This document shows, in pieces, positions 63,700-64,000 of a stretch of 64,000 nucleotides of DNA. Every line of letters begins with the position of its first letter. The stretch's first letter is position 1. Both the position numbers and the translations under genes were made by a program. The notes beneath the pieces are model-generated. The model ran no database searches, was not told where the DNA came from, and worked only from the letters and a program-made list of their open reading frames with translations. Origin of the DNA: Escherichia coli (GTDB lineage Bacteria; Pseudomonadota; Gammaproteobacteria; Enterobacterales; Enterobacteriaceae); NCBI RefSeq assembly GCF_045037415.1, contig NZ_CP173438.1; one strand, 5' to 3'.

Positions 63700-63710
63700 G
63701 GTACACCTCT

Positions 63711-63747
63711 TTGCATGATTATTCTAAATTATTGTATTTTTATTCTG
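63711..63747. promoter_or_regulatory. Tandem ARG boxes (ArgR operator) in the argA promoter
   Basis: The minus strand reads cAGAATAAAAATACAa-taa-ttTAGAATAATCATGCAa. These are two 18-bp units resembling TNTGAATWWWWATTCANW, separated by 3 bp and immediately upstream of argA. Confidence 0.5.
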
Positions 63748-63930
63748 TTTTTTCGCAGGGTGCAAGTGTAAATTTTATGCGGGAGCGAGTTTTTTATCAG
63801 TAATACCGTGAATATAAAAAGAATGTTTACCGTTTTATAGATGACAGATTATGCGTCTTTCGCTAAAGTTTCCGGTCAAATTGGTCGTTTACTTGTTACA
63901 CAGCTTAGATTTCTTTTGCTCGGGAGAGGC

Positions 63931-64000
63931 ATGTCAGGATCCAACACTGCAATCAGCCGTCGTCGTTTACTGCAAGGCGCGGGTGCCATGTGGCTATTGA
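63931..64000 (+). CDS. amiC: N-acetylmuramoyl-L-alanine amidase AmiC, first 23 codons only (runs off the right edge)
   Basis: ATG at 63931 gives [23 protein letters not shown], a twin-arginine signal peptide recognised as the AmiC N-terminus. Confidence 0.8.

Overview
This window is Escherichia coli chromosome. It is colinear with the K-12 interval xanQ -> amiC (about 64-65 min) but read on the opposite strand. I recognise almost every ORF by its protein sequence, and all gene lengths but one match K-12 as I remember them. Left to right there are four blocks. (1) Positions 1-24.2 kb hold the YgeV (sigma54 activator)-centred cluster: xanQ', xdhD-ygfM-ssnA-ygfK, mocA, yqeC-yqeB, yqeA-hyuA-ygeY-ygeX-ygeW, ygeV and xdhCBA. 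This is a selenium/molybdenum-hydroxylase, anaerobic purine (urate) catabolic supercluster, and its step-by-step chemistry is still largely unassigned. It is the only candidate for a poorly described system here. (2) ygeR and tRNA-Gly(CCC) glyU are followed directly by yqeG. The about 12 kb ETT2/eip type III secretion remnant that K-12 carries at this tRNA is absent, leaving an empty site. (3) Next come core genes: yqeF, kduI-kduD, araE, ygeA, lysR/lysA, galR, the sRNAs OmrB and OmrA, aas-lplT, tas, ygdR, ygdQ and mutH. After the DnaA-box-rich mutH-rppH spacer (DARS2 with ygdT) come rppH-ptsP, lgt-thyA, the ppdA-ppdB-ygdB-ppdC pseudopilin operon, recC, ptrA-recB-recD, argA and the start of amiC. 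(4) I found no IS elements, integrases, prophage genes, CRISPR arrays or recognisable defence systems. Three observations are visible in the sequence. The N-terminal ferredoxin-like region of XdhD has lost every cysteine. YgfK is a permuted single-chain dihydropyrimidine-dehydrogenase-like Fe-S flavoprotein. xdhB appears to have a 1-nt shorter G/A homopolymer than K-12, which extends it by 12 codons and removes the ATGA coupling to xdhC. All identifications come from reading the sequence and from memory of E. coli proteins and sites; no database search was run.
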